A stretch of 64,000 nt of DNA from Haliotis cracherodii. Lineage: Eukaryota. Numbering within the stretch: position 1 is the first letter of the stretch; each line of letters opens with the position of its first letter. Below the pieces are notes generated by a model that did no database searches, had not been told where the DNA came from, and was given only the letters and a program-made list of their open reading frames with translations. A program made the translations under genes and the position numbers. The stretch is from assembly GCF_022045235.1 (NCBI RefSeq), contig NW_027266286.1, forward strand, positions 39,804,001 to 39,868,000. The letters run 5' to 3'. This document shows, piece after piece, positions 13,608-27,109 of this stretch.

Positions 13608-16600
13608 ATGGCAGGTGTAAGTGGGGGAGGCAGGGGTTATAACTTCAAAGTTGTCCTTCTGGGAGAGGGATGTGTCGGAAAAACCTCGCTTGTACTGAGA
13701 TATGTGGAAAACAAATTCAATGATAAGCACATCACAACATTACAGGTAACAATTCTTTTTGTTTTAAATACATTAACTGTCTTGTATTTACAGGAGGAAC
13801 CTATTCTCGTTCAATGACAGGATACCGAAGTTGTGTTTTATTACTTTTTTGGTATTATTGACGGCAGTGACGTAGATAGGAGTTACGTAACGTGTTGAGT
13901 TTATTATGGATTCTTGTTTGCTTTAACAAATCTTTATCTTGAAGCAAGATTTATACACTGCACTTAAACGTGATTGATGAGACACAGTTGGACAAGATGA
14001 CACATTCACGAATCATGTGAATAGGCTTTGCCACTCACACTGTTGGGCTGACCCATTGACAATAATAATGGGTAACCTGTACAGAAAATTGCTAACCCTG
14101 TTCACAAATAACCCTAAGGGATTCCAGGTTTGAATTGGTCCCTAACAACCCAGGCTGGTCATAAGAGGTGACTAGATGGAGCTGAAGGAGTCATAGGGAC
14201 TACAAATATCTACTTTTTACTATACAGAAATGTACCAAAATACAGAACGGTACCCAAGGATAAGTCCATTCCGCAGTCTGCTAAACTGGTTTCTTGCGTG
14301 CTTGTGTAAACTAGACTTCCTGTATGCCAAACCATGGTAAAGCCCAGCATGACAGTGCATGTTCGTCTAAATGTCTCTGAACATGGGAGATTTCCGGAAT
14401 CATAATTATCAATCTGTTTAATGTGATGCATTTCAGGGGGTTATATAATATTGATCATACCCTGGTGTTTGATGCACTGTAATTCCAAAATGCACAACAT
14501 ACACTCGTGGTCAGCAAGGCGAAGTGAACTACAACATGAAGCGGTTTTGGTTTCAGGAATATGGACTCGTCCTCCATTTTGAGTCACAGATTCCATTCTT
14601 ATTTTGGCTTGGGTACATTTATGTGTACCAAAAAGTACATGAGGTACACATCTGTAGTACCCATGCCAAAAACTACCCCTTCAGCCCAAATGGATCGGGG
14701 TAGTCAGGCTTGGCTATTTGATTGATGGCTTGTCAACGTAACCCTATGACATGGATCATTGCTCATAATACACAAACACACACACACATGTTCACAATTA
14801 TGGCCTGAATCATACACAATGATAATTTAGAACATTTATTCGCAGGCAGAACCATACACATGCTCATTAGTATCAATTCGCTTTCATACACCAATATTTC
14901 TGAGACATTTCAATAGTATTCTGGCATCTGAATGAATTATCATGATTATAGGTTGAGTATCCACTAGAACATGTATTTTAACAAATTTGAATTCATAGCA
15001 AGATTTGGGGGCACGGGTGGCCCAGTCTAAGGCACCGCGATTCACTGTGCAGAGTTGTGTCCCTTGGGCACACCAGAAACCTATGATTGTGGGTTCGAAT
15101 CCCGGTTCGCCCCGATTATGTTTCTAGGTTTTTCAGCACAATACCCGTGCTCGTTGGTTTCACTGAAGTGGTAAACGTCTGAGACCTGCATCACTTCGGG
15201 CTTTCATCCCACATTAAGCTGACACGCCGTGATATAACTGGAATACTGTTAAAAGTGGCGTTAAACCAAACTCACTCACTCATAGCAAGATTGAATTGTT
15301 GACATGCTATGTAAAATCAATAACTTGAAACTCAAAGAAACAAGTCATCTATAACCAGTACATTCTAAAACTCTAGATAATGAAACTCTGAACTAGTTCT
15401 TTTGTTAAGTGTTAGTTATTTAAGTGTATAGCTGTTTCATTATGAGTTGACATTGTATTTCAGGCATCATTTCTTAACAAGAAGCTCAACATTGGTGGAA
15501 AAAGAGTAAACCTATCAATATGGGTAAGCAATCCTTCATTTTATCTCAGAAGTTAATAATAGGTTATGTCAACTAAAAATATAACATCATTGCTGTGTTA
15601 GAAATTTAATTTAAGATCGGGGCTAGCCCTAAGGGCTAGTGTCTTGGAACTTGAAGCAAAAAATAATAATAAAAAAACAATATTTCAAGTGTAATAATCA
15701 TGATAATGTAATTTAGGCCCATTTAGCACTAACTCACCCCATATTTTTTGCTGGCTGGCTGGCTGTCTGTCTAAAAGCAATCCCACAGTTTGCAACAACA
15801 GCCTCATGATCAGTGAGCCCTGAGAGCAGCTCATCCGACCAGTAACAAATGTCATCAATAAATATTATTGGCGTTGTATTAGTTTGTTATCCTTGTTATT
15901 GTTAGCTATATATTACAAAATTTGAAGCCACGCACAAATTACAATACCACATTCAGATAGTGGTCATTTTGCCTGTCTTAAAAACCTCACAGTACTGCTG
16001 TGGCAGCCATATGATATTGAATGTCTTTTTGGCCTATTACCGTATTCGACCCACTAAGCGCCCAGGGCGCTTAAGAAAAGACAGAAGGGGTGGGCGCTTA
16101 TTGGGACCAATTCAGAGTCAAATTGGCGTAAATTCATCAGTAAGCCTTACCGTATTTTCTTGAGAATAGTGCACACTTTTTTCCAAAAAACACAGCTGTG
16201 TAGAAGGGGGTGCGCATTATACACGAATTAATGAGTTTTGATGTTTTTTCCCCCATGGAAAGACATTACTGTGAGCACGTAACACCGGAAATACCATGTC
16301 AACAAATCCATACTGAAGTTCGCAAATTATTCATGTTATTACACTGTACAAAATTCCTTCTAATATTGTTTTAATTAATTTTGGCGAAATTGTGTGTGAA
16401 GCGATCGGAAGATCGAACAACTCGCCGTTATTAACAGCAACCACGGTCAGATTACCGCTATTGACGCCTTGAAATGAACATAAGTTGACAGAGAATGGAT
16501 ACATATATCATAAATGCCATACTTTGATTCGTTAAAAGTCATATTTGTTTTTGTTGGACGATTCTTTGTCAACACGTAATTCTCGCGATCACGTGCACGG

Positions 16601-19600
16601 GAGCCTTGACGGTGACTGGTCAGACTGGTTCCATGTAAAAAATAATACCCGGCAATAGCGATCAGCTGCTTCGCTTAGGGTTATTATTATTTTAAATATG
16701 TTTAGTAAAAGCTGCATCTAAATTAACAAGATATATTGGAATATATTATTCCTGATAAAAAAATAGTTTCAGATACAACTTTTGCCGATACTTGCATTTA
16801 AAATCCTGTAAAGTTATATCATTGGGTGTGTCTTGATCAAATCACCGGTAGATTCCAAGAAAATGTGTGTACAGCTGATTGCTGTGTCTGGCTTAGTTTA
16901 CGAGAAAATGCTTAAGGTAATCTTAAGCCCTGGATATAAAACAATGCCTAGCTGAACAAAAAATACAACTTAAACGGTAAATCAACATGTCTGGTGATTT
17001 TTTTATCTCAAATTTAGAATTTGTACTGACGAAGTTTCTCATCACCCGTTCATTTGCCGGACTTCGCTGAAGGGGTACGGTGTAATTTTTTTCTGCACAT
17101 AACCTTGGTTCCCGGATGATTTTCTTTTAAAACGAAATAATTACTATATAAATTTTCGGAACCGGGGGGGGGGGGGGGGGCAGGGTGCTTAATGGGTCGA
17201 ATACGGTACTCTGTCATTTCTACATGTATCATTATGACATTTGATATGGGGAAAAGCGTATTGGCCTGTGTTCGGTGACAGGCAACAGCTCATATATATT
17301 TATAGCCAGTAGGGCTTGCAAAAAAAGATCGATAATCAGAATTATCATCGATGGGAAGAAATATTAACGATTATCGATATGAAAATATTTTGATGAAATA
17401 AAGTTTAGGTTTACAAAAACAGACTTGTTATTGTCAATAATGTTAATTGCTGAGGATGGAAAGTAACTGTCTTTGTTATATCTCAAATGTCCACTAAGTA
17501 ATCCCTGAATACATGTGCCACCACTCACCAGTGGAGAGAAATGTGTTGATTTCTTTTGGATTTCTTTTTGCGTATTTCCTTAAAGATACTTCACCAATAT
17601 TTATCAATAATTGATCGATAGTTAGTTAACGATAATCGATCACTTTGATCTGTATCGGTACTCAGCCCTAATAGCCAGGGATTAAAAAGAAATTCAGTAT
17701 TCAAAATAAAGGCATGGACTTACAGTAGGTTTTCTTCTTAAGTCAAAGAGGATTCATTGTGACCTGTTTAACTTCTGCTTGTTTTCATTAGAAGAAACAC
17801 GCTTATTTCAGATTGTGTTAAACAAAACTGCATCCTGTTCTATAATATATATAAAAAACTCCTGATCTGCCCCTTGCTCTAACATGACTTAAGAAAAGAT
17901 GTGGGAATGTCACATGACCATTTCAAGAAAACAAATATCTAACATTTTTTTTATTTATTTTTTTTAATTTTAATCATTTTACATTTATTTGATAAAATGT
18001 GACATTCCAGTACATAGTTGATTAATCATCTAAATAGATGATGGCATGTTGACCAAAATTTATAGAACAGGCCAGTGTCACACTCAATAATCGCTGCACA
18101 TTTAGTAAGGTTGTAGTAGTTTCTTATTTCGTTTTTAAAGACTTGAAATGACGGGAGTCTCTTATTTAACTTACTTTTAAATATAAGGTCTTTTGTTATC
18201 AAGGAGATGATATTTAGAGGGTCATTGTGCTTTTCTGGAAAGCCAATCATCACGTGTTTCTTTGTAATTTCGATTTGGATGTTAGCCTTTTGAAGTAGCC
18301 AAACTTCAAGTTGAGGCCAGATTTGCTGAACCATATTACAGGACCAGAAAAGATAGATTGGGGTCTCGATATCAACTGACTTTCAACATAACCTAATTTA
18401 CACAAGAAAACATTAGTCTATAAACAAATATCTAACATGATGAAACACATTTAGTTGAGACAATTTTTTAAAATCTGTCTCCCATTTCTTACAGAAAACA
18501 AGCTTTCGCAACCAACTAATACACAAAATATCATGATTAATATATAGCTTCCGCTATCTTATGAAAGTTGTTAACTTGGTTCAGTGAAGCTGTTACTATG
18601 ATCATCATAATAGCAGTCGTATAGCTGGAATATTGCTGAGTGTGGCGTTTAAGTATCTGGTTCATTTTTTTATCAACCCCTGTTGATGACATTCTCATGG
18701 GGTTGTATGTATTACACTGATACGATACCTCTCTGCATAAAGAGCTTCATAAGAGGCTGTGCCAGGTGAACTTTCGCATCAGCGAATCAGTGTTGAAGCT
18801 TCCTATTTCTCGTTACGAGTTAGCTAAGCATTCAGACAAGTATATTTGATCACCGTACTTAAAAAAATAATATAAACGAGGAATGTGAAAATATTTGTGA
18901 TTTGTGAGTACAGTCAAAGTTTGCTCAGGATTCACTGGAAACAACCTTCTATGGAGATGATGTCCACATTTGAAACAGACAGTGGAGTATTGGAGTTTTG
19001 GAGACTGTGATGATCTCCAAAACAAATTATGCTGCTCAACTTCCTGGGCCTATTTGCTCATATATTGTATTGTAAGCTTATGTTATAGTAATAATTTTCC
19101 ATAATCTCTTTGCTAAGATGTTATTGTACTGGCACAGCAGCTATTTCTTCTCTTGTCATGGTAACTGGTGTTTGTCTTCCATGTCTTCAGGACACTGCTG
19201 GTCAGGAGAGATTTCATGCCCTGGGACCCATCTACTACAGAGATAGTAATGGAGCAATCCTTGTCTATGACATCACAGATGAAGATTCCTTCCAGAAGGC
19301 TAGTCATAAATTATTTCTTCATTAGTAAGATGAGCTACAGATGATTTGGCAAATTCGGTTTTATCATTAGCCTAGTGTGTCGTACCATAAGCAATTTTTC
19401 CTCTTTTTACGTATGGCGACAACGAAAAAACCTTTGTTTCTGGTAACCTGTCCGCTCCTGCAAACTAGCTCTGACAGAAAAATATTTTGTTTATTTTATT
19501 TATATTTATACACCCTATATGGCTATCAGCATGTCCATCTATACGATAAGTCATTTAATTACCTGAATGAAAAATATCCAACCCAACTGCATGTAATAAT

Positions 19601-21384
19601 GCAGTCACGTTGCCAAAACAGAGGTATGTTTAATGAAGGCTCAGGGGTTATTGGTAAATTCTATGTCTAAAACCAGGTCTAAATTTACAGGACTGGAATA
19701 CTTTGTCTTTGTTCCACTTTGTGGAATATGGTATATATATGTTTAGAAGTGTTTCCCAAGACTCTACAGAGAATTTTGATATAAGAGGTTATATTCTGCA
19801 GGTTAAGAACTGGGTGAAGGAACTGCGCCGAATGCTTGGAAATGATGTATCCCTGTGTATAGCCGGCAACAAAACAGACTTGGAGAAGGAGAGGCATGTT
19901 CCTGTTGCTGATGCTGAGGCGTGAGTTAATCAACTTGATTGTTTTTGCAGCTTGCAGAGTAGAATTGGTCCTACTCATGCTTATGTATGATTGAAGTGGT
20001 TACTCAAATTGTAGTATACTACTCGCAAATTAATACTCACCATGCTTACATTAACTGCTCTCTGTTGCTGGTATTTGGACCGTTTCAATGCAAATGGTGA
20101 ATTTTGTTGTAATATATGTAATATTTTGAGGTGCAAGACATTGATGTGCACCCCAATTCTTTTCATGATGTAATGTGATATATCTATGTTCAACTAGGGC
20201 ACAGAGGCTCAATATTCAAAGTCACATGTTTCTTGCTGTGTAGAGTTACATCCCTTTGTCATGCCTGCTATAATTTTGGTCTGTCTGCACCTTGCCGGTG
20301 CTTGTCGGTCTCACCTGTGGGCACCTCTTTACATGTAATTAATTTTCTATCTCACTAATGTGGACTGGTGGCTTGCTTTAGATTGCCCTCCCATTTTCAT
20401 GCCCAATAGATATGGCACAGGACACGATGTAGTCATGGTAATATATGGTGTTTTGTGTTATTTTGTTCCCATATGTCAGCATGGTCAGTAAACAATATTT
20501 TGTTGTTGAATTTGAATAATAAACTTAAAAGATTTTGATTTTCTCTTTATAGATATGCAGCATCAGTGGGTGCTAGACACTTTCACACATCAGCGAAACT
20601 CAATAAGGGTATTGAAGAGATGTTCTTGGATTTAAGTAAAGGTGAGTACAACCCTGGTGCTTCCAGACTGCTCATTGGAGACATCAAACTAGAGTCTTTT
20701 TGTTTGCATCATGTCCATTAATGTTGTTATATTTTAAGAGCACTACCTCTATTAGAATCATTGTGACTTGCTGTTTTATTATCAAAAACAATTGTAACTA
20801 ACAAAATTTATTAGTAAAACAGAATTATGCTTCTTGTGATATCATCAAAGTAGCCTCATCAGATATTGGTTCATAATTTGTAGTTGGCAATATTGATATT
20901 TTATTAACTTGGGTTGTATCCTCACGGATAAACAATGAATCAGTGAAATAAACATTGTACTAGCAGTCATCAGATTAAGATGCTAAAAGTTGTTTCAAAC
21001 CATAAGGGCTGTTATCTCTGTTCAGTCATGTAAAATTGATACGAAATGTTGGTTCAGGTTATGTTCAGCTTTGAATGGAATATCTTGACTATGTAGCCAG
21101 AGACTAAACCACAATCCTCATTCCTAGTTATTTCCAATTATGATAGACCATCTCAGTCATTTGAAGCACATTTTGATATCTTAAGAAAGATAGCATGGTT
21201 ATGGTGATGTGAAAAAGAAATTGGCAATAGACATCTAATTGATTGTGTGTTTTATGTAGGTATGATTGAGAAATCGGGCACTGACACATTAGGTCGAAGC
21301 AAGACGGGGACAAACACACGGAAGAGTGTTGTTGTGGTAGACGATGAACAGGCAGAGCAGAAATCAGGCAGTGGATGCTGTTGA
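13608..21384 (+). CDS. RAB21: Ras-related protein Rab-21. Coding exons: 13608-13745, 15464-15523, 19191-19298, 19802-19920, 20553-20641, 21260-21384
   Basis: Spliced protein has [41 protein letters not shown] and C-terminal GSGCC prenylation motif; [29 protein letters not shown] is diagnostic of Rab21; phases are consistent; AATAAA at about 22505, 23175 and 24324. Confidence 0.96.
14181..14685. mobile_element. MITE (505 bp) inserted into a SINE in RAB21 intron 1
   Basis: TIR GCTGAAGG...CCTTCAGC; degraded 9-bp TSD CTAGATGGA/CCAAATGGA; flanks rejoin to the SINE core gactaa..ggatcgggtggtcaggct seen intact at about 39570 and 45530. Confidence 0.6.
15007..15280 (+). mobile_element. Full-length tRNA-derived SINE
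   Basis: A-box TGGCCCAGTCTAAGG, B-box GGTTCGAATCCC, ACTCACTCACT tail, TSD CATAGCAAGATT on both sides. Confidence 0.85.
16040..17206. mobile_element. Tc2/pogo-like non-autonomous element, with a second related 5' end nested at about 16150
   Basis: TA|CCGTATTCGACCCACTAAGCGCCC ... GGGTGCTTAATGGGTCGAATACGG|TA; internal TA|CCGTATTTTCTTGAGAATAG. Confidence 0.8.
17310..17670. mobile_element. hAT-type MITE (361 bp)
   Basis: Perfect 8-bp TSD ATAGCCAG; termini TAGGGCT...AGCCCTA; ATCGAT-rich subterminal repeats. Confidence 0.85.
17945..18400 (-). mobile_element. 5'-truncated non-LTR retrotransposon (LINE) 3' end
   Basis: Minus-strand peptide [17 protein letters not shown]...IFKSKL...[11 protein letters not shown] resembles the zf-RVT/C-terminus of L1-clade ORF2; A-rich tail at about 17945-17990. 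Confidence 0.65.
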
Positions 21385-23988
21385 TGTGAAACTGTTCACA
21401 CCCTTGGCATCACACCCAGCAACAGCATGCTCATTGGACGAGGCTGTGCTTGGCATCCAATCATTACTGGTTGTTCATTTGATCTTGGTCTAAACCTTCA
21501 CCTTCATGTTTGACTGCTTTGTGTAGATGTTGAATCTTTTTGATTAACATAAATCATACATTTTTAATTTAACAACTTATTTCCCTTTGGCTTTGTATAT
21601 TTGCCTATGCTTTGGCATTTACTTTAATCTACAAATTTTTAATACTAGAAAGTTGATGGACAAATATGTAATATTTGCTCACGCTATAAGAACATTTTGA
21701 ACAATGATCAGTGCAGTCATAGCCAAAGCAGTCTTCCCTAGAAATGTGCTGAATGTAACCAAATACCTTCCTCGTAATGTCCCCAAACCCTTTCCTACAT
21801 ATAATGTACATAGTTGAATGTAATATATATTTATGCATGTGTGTGTGCTGGCAACCACGGGATGTAGTGAGCATGAGAATACAGTGCCTCTTGGGTACAC
21901 TGATAGTGATTGGTAGACATTGACTTGAAGGGGCTAGTCTATTATGTGGCTAGTCATTCCAGCAATGTTGGCAGAATTGTCAACCTCCTGTGGAGCAGAT
22001 CACTCACCATGTAATGAGTAGCCAAGGAATGTGAAGTAGAATGCTTTGTAAATAGTCTGTGTGCCAGAGAAATGTCAGGTGCTTTGAGTTAAGGTGTACC
22101 CGGTTCATCTGTTCTTGGATGATGCTGGTCAGGTAGGATACATGTCCATATACATTTTGCAGTTCTTTACTCATCAGTTGAACATGCCTAAAGTGTAGTT
22201 GTGTTCACAAAGCACAGCGTTGTTATGAAATATCACTGTTTCCTGCCCTGGTCACATAAGGTTTTTTATTCCAATAGAAGTTGTCTCACTTACATGTTGG
22301 TCTAATAATAGCAGTTGTGTGTTTGTGATTAAACCACACATTTTCTTGTATCCAGTTTCTTATGTAGTAGATACAACCATTTTATGGTTTCTTATTTTAT
22401 TCTTTAAATTTACGACATTAATTATGCCTCCATCTCTCTGAGGTATGTAGTACACACTTGTAATCCAGCAAGTTGCTGTCAGGAGCTTTAAACTGATGTA
22501 AGAAAATAAACAAAAGTATATGAGTAAGACTGGACCAATACTGTTACAGAATTTAGTAGGGTTGTATTGAACATTATAGGGTTGGAGTCAACTGTTGCAT
22601 CAACTGTCTAAAACTGTTGTCAACTGCTTTGCCGCAGACACTATTGTTCATATCGGTTTTACATCACACTATTTGTGTGAATATTTAGACTTGTATATTC
22701 ATTGTAATAATTTATCTGTATATAACCAGGAGAATGGAGCTGTAACCATGGTAACAGTCCATATGATGTGTACAATTCTCGTCTTACCCCCTGATTAAGG
22801 TTAATTCTAGTTTGCAAATACACAGTAATGAAAATTCATGTTCAGCTTTTTACTAATCATGTAAAGTTATGGTTTTTGAAAAGGCATCTCCTTTTATCTT
22901 GACAAGACAACAGACTCACACTCCATGTCATTTGAAAATTGTGTTCAGATAATATCAAAGGTTTGAAGTTTTAGCAGTTGGTCAGAGAAAACACTTCCAC
23001 TTTGCTGTAAATAATCCTGTTGTTTAGTTTCTGGTGTTATGACTACATATGAAGGTATATAATCAAATAGTTACTTCTGCATTTTCCAATATTGTGAATG
23101 TGGTGCCTACATTTGTAGTGGTTCTAGATTATTTAATATGGCTCAATGTTACGTAGGAATTCAAATGTGTTGTTAATAAAACGTTTTCATGTGCTCATCA
23201 AAATCATGATTCCGAGATCTTCGTTCAGTTTATCTGCACCTTTGAAGACAGATGATCCAAAAATTCTTGCAGGTGTCTAGTAACTGATGAATTGTGTTCA
23301 TTTGTCAAAATCAAAAGCTAAGATCACTCATATATGTGTTTGTTATTATGAGCACAGTGTGGGCTGGGATATTGTGGCAAAGTCAGTACACTTGAAGTGT
23401 ATTTCTGTCGGCCACAGTTAAGATGGTAGCTCGGTGCAGCCCAAGTTGTTCACATAGACCAGGATTTCCCTGCACATGCCGTAGTCAGGCTGAGTGGACA
23501 GGGGTGGAAGTTATAGTGCTGTGTCAGTATGGTACTACAGTATCATTTAATGATACGACATATGTTGGAGACATCTATGTACAAATTATTCTTTCATCGT
23601 GCAAGAAATGCAGGAACATGAATTGCAAGTCAGTTTGCCTCTCGCTGAGAGACCAGTAAAATAACTAACAGTCTGCATTTGTGGTTAAAATACAATATGC
23701 TTGTCTAATGACTGTATTGCTCTGTTGTAAGAAATGATGTTTGTCCAGACAGTAGACGATGTATGTATCTCTTGCCCACCGTAATGTCTCACCTCTCATT
23801 GAATTGTCTTGTCACTAATCAAGTTAAGACTCATAGAGGTATAACATTGGCAGTGGTTGATTCAGAACAAAGCCATGTGCTTTCATACTGTATTTATTAT
23901 GTATGTATAGATTAAGTAGCCATGTACAGCCAGGTCTTTTACTCCTAATCAGATATTGTGCATTTCTGTACTAATATCAAAATCATCG

Positions 23989-24212
23989 GAAAATGTTGAC
24001 GCTATTAAATAGTTAAATGGAAAAAGCCAAGTTCCTAAAGCAGGACACTGTGGAAGATGTTTGTTTATCTTTTAAGTATTACATTTTGGAACAGTGTCCT
24101 GAAAATGTTGACGCTATTAAATAGTTAAATGAAGAAAGCCAAGTTCCTAAAGCAGGACACTGTGGAAGATGTTTGTTTGTCTTTAAAGTATTACATTTTG
24201 GAACACAGTCCC
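23989..24212 (+). repeat. 112-bp tandem duplication, probably in the extended RAB21 3'UTR
   Basis: Two copies starting GAAAATGTTGACGCTATTAAATAG at 23989 and 24101 with few mismatches. Confidence 0.9.
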
Positions 24213-24876
24213 TCAAGACATGTAAATGTGTCCAGTGTGTGGACATGTGGCTGGATTATGTGAAAGAAGATGAAGGTTATGTCACAGACAGTGTATATTT
24301 GTAAACCTTGTGATCATGTCATCAATAAATGATTCAACATATACATGTATTGTTTCATTGTCTTTCACCCTGGGGGTAGCCAGGTGGTAAAGCTGCGACG
24401 TGTTAACACCTCAGTAAATTAACTCAACACGCTAATGAGTGATTAACGTTGACTGGGTTTAATAATGGGGAATAAACACAGTGACTTATTCCTAAAATAA
24501 GTCTCCTGAACCATAAAATAGAAGCACATCTCCTGTTTATCAAACTAGTCTTATAGACTAAAGACTCCGTCACTATGACTGGACATGGACATTCTAAACT
24601 TCCGGAGATAGGTACTTGACCTATGGAGCATCTAGACACACAACCATTAAAAATGAGTATTTGACCAAAATAGTTGCATGACTCCCAGGGATTTACCCAT
24701 GTGTGTGGACTTCAGAGTGGACAACTTTTGATCAGCCGTTGGAATTCAATAGCCTGGAGAGCTTAGTGTTTTTCTTAACACAGGGAAGACCCGAATAGCC
24801 AACAAACTACTACCCCAATAAGGAAGATACCAAAATAAAGCGCGGAACATAAGCTATCCAATGGTACCACTAAATA

Positions 24877-26171
24877 CGAGGGGTGTTCATTAAAGATTTC
24901 CCCTGACCCACTTCTGAAGGACCTAGTGGAATGAAACTTGGCATAGGTATTAGTCTTTCTCCACATAGGAACCACCAAAAGTTACACACTTCTCCCATCG
25001 TTTTATGCAACTATGGAGACCTCGCTTGTAAAAGCCCTCATTTTGCGTCTCAAACCAGGACTTGACTTCAGAAATCAGTGTTTCATCATCTGTGAAACGT
25101 TTTCCCTTCAAAATTGACTTCATGGTTGGAAAGAGGTGGAAGTCAGATTGTGCAAGGTCAGGAGAGAAAGGAGGATGTGGAAAGATTTCATAGCCACAGG
25201 ACCGTGCTTCTGTCTGGGCAACATGAGAGTTGTGTACTGGAGCATTGTCTTGCAGGAGACGGACACCCTTGGTCAGCATGCCACGCCTCTTCAGCTTGAT
25301 AGCGTCCCGCAATTTTCGCAGCAGTGAAGCATAATAAGCTCCTGTAATTGTGGTACCCTTTGCCAAGAAATCCATCATCACTACTCCGTGCTGGTCCCAA
25401 AACACCGTGAGCATGACCTTGCCTGCAGAGGGTTGGACACGTGCCTTCTTTGGGGGTGGTGACTCCACATTGCTTCCATTGCATCGACTGAACTTTAGTC
25501 TCAGGATCATAGTGATGGGCCCATATTTCATCTTGTGTGATAAGTCTGTCAAAAAAGTTTGCCTGGTTTTTTTGGCACATGTCCAAAAGATCCTTTGAGC
25601 AATTGACTCGTTCCTGCTTTTGGAAAGGTGTGAGCAACCAGGGAATCCATCGTGCAGACACCTTCTGCATGTCCAAATTGTCATGGATGATTTTTTCCAC
25701 AGACCCTACACTGATCTTGACATCTTGTGCTAACTGGCGAACAGTTATACGTCGGTGTTCCAAAATAGCGGTCTCCACTTGATGGATAGTGTCCTCATCA
25801 ATGGCTGAATGGGGGCGACCAGGAATGGCAGCTGTTTCCACAGATGTCCGACCACACTTGAACTGGCGATGCTAGTGTTTAACAACGTCATATGATGGGG
25901 CATCTTCCCCATAAGTTGCTTTCATTTCATCGAAAGTTTCTTTTGGTGTGCGACCTTTCAAATATAAAAACCTAATCACTGCTCGGGATTCTACTGGCTC
26001 CATTGTCACACCCTACTCGATCATAACACCTGTGAAAGTGGTAAGATTAATAGTTCGGTGCTGCAAATTCAGACCTAACCCATAGATACATGTATCATTA
26101 CACATGTGAAATTTCAACCAAATATGATAACCCTAAGTGGTTTAGGGGAAATCTTTAATGAACACCCCTCG
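24877..26171 (-). mobile_element. Full-length mariner (DD34D) element, 1295 bp
   Basis: 28-bp perfect TIR CGAGGGGTGTTCATTAAAGATTTCCCCT; TA TSD at 24875-24876 and 26172-26173; typical mariner length. Confidence 0.96.
24950..26003 (-). pseudogene. Mariner transposase with an in-frame stop and a frameshift
   Basis: Motifs ARWIP, ITQDEIW, KVMLTVFWD, LLQDNAPVH and HPPFSPDLAQSDFHLF are split between frames (ORFs 25188-25841 and 24950-25684); TAG at about 25873. Confidence 0.9.
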
Positions 26172-27109
26172 TATTTACGACCAGATATGTACAATTATTG
26201 AGGTGGACAAAATGACCATAAATACATGAGAAGTATCTACAAGTTCCAGATAAGCCCGCATGTGTGACAGTCAAAGTCACAAAAACATTTCCAACATATG
26301 AATACGGTAAAAAAAAACATATATCCAAGCAATACATGATAAAAGTGTGTCATTAAATCGCTAGAGAAAAATGTGTTTGGGTCACTATTTCTCTAACAAG
26401 TAACACAAAGACACCTGGCAGCCTTCTACCAAACCAGTCAGCACTGCTTTTAGACATACTTTGCACACATCGTTGACGGACATATAAGTTGATTCATACC
26501 AAAAGTAACCTATGAATAATGAAGAAACCAACAAGATAAATCTGACGCCCTTTTACGATATTTATAAACCTATAGCAGATTTTGCCTGTTGTTTACGATA
26601 CAGCTCATTTTCACATAATGACCCTAGGGCAGGTCTTCCGGTAAGAAAACCTCGTTCTTACCTTGCCGGTACCCTCTTGCGAGGTCTTACTTTCCCGACC
26701 ATAACCTCGGAGTCGTGCTTTATCCTACACATATTCTGTGAAAGCAAAGTTCCTCTAGCGTCTGTCACGAGGCATGTAGGGACAAGAACAATCTCATTAA
26801 AATCAGATCTTAGCTCTCGCTTTGTTTAGCGGCAGCGAGAACTTCGATATGATTTTAATGAGATAGGGACAAGAACAACGAACCTATGTCTACTCACTTA
26901 TCACTTGACCGCTGATGTCACATGAGGGGCATCTTCTCTGATGAGGCATTATTTATTCTAAGGCTGAAACTATCTTACACGGATCGCAATACCATATCAG
27001 TGGCCCTGTCAGACTATAACTTAAATACTGTTAAAAGATGGGTTTAACCCAACTCACTCATTATTCTGATATTTGGCTTTGGAGTCCTAACAATTTCCCA
27101 TTGTTGGTG

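Noticed and set aside
15007-15120. tRNA gene
   Set aside because: A/B boxes are present, but it is the head of a TSD-flanked SINE with no full cloverleaf
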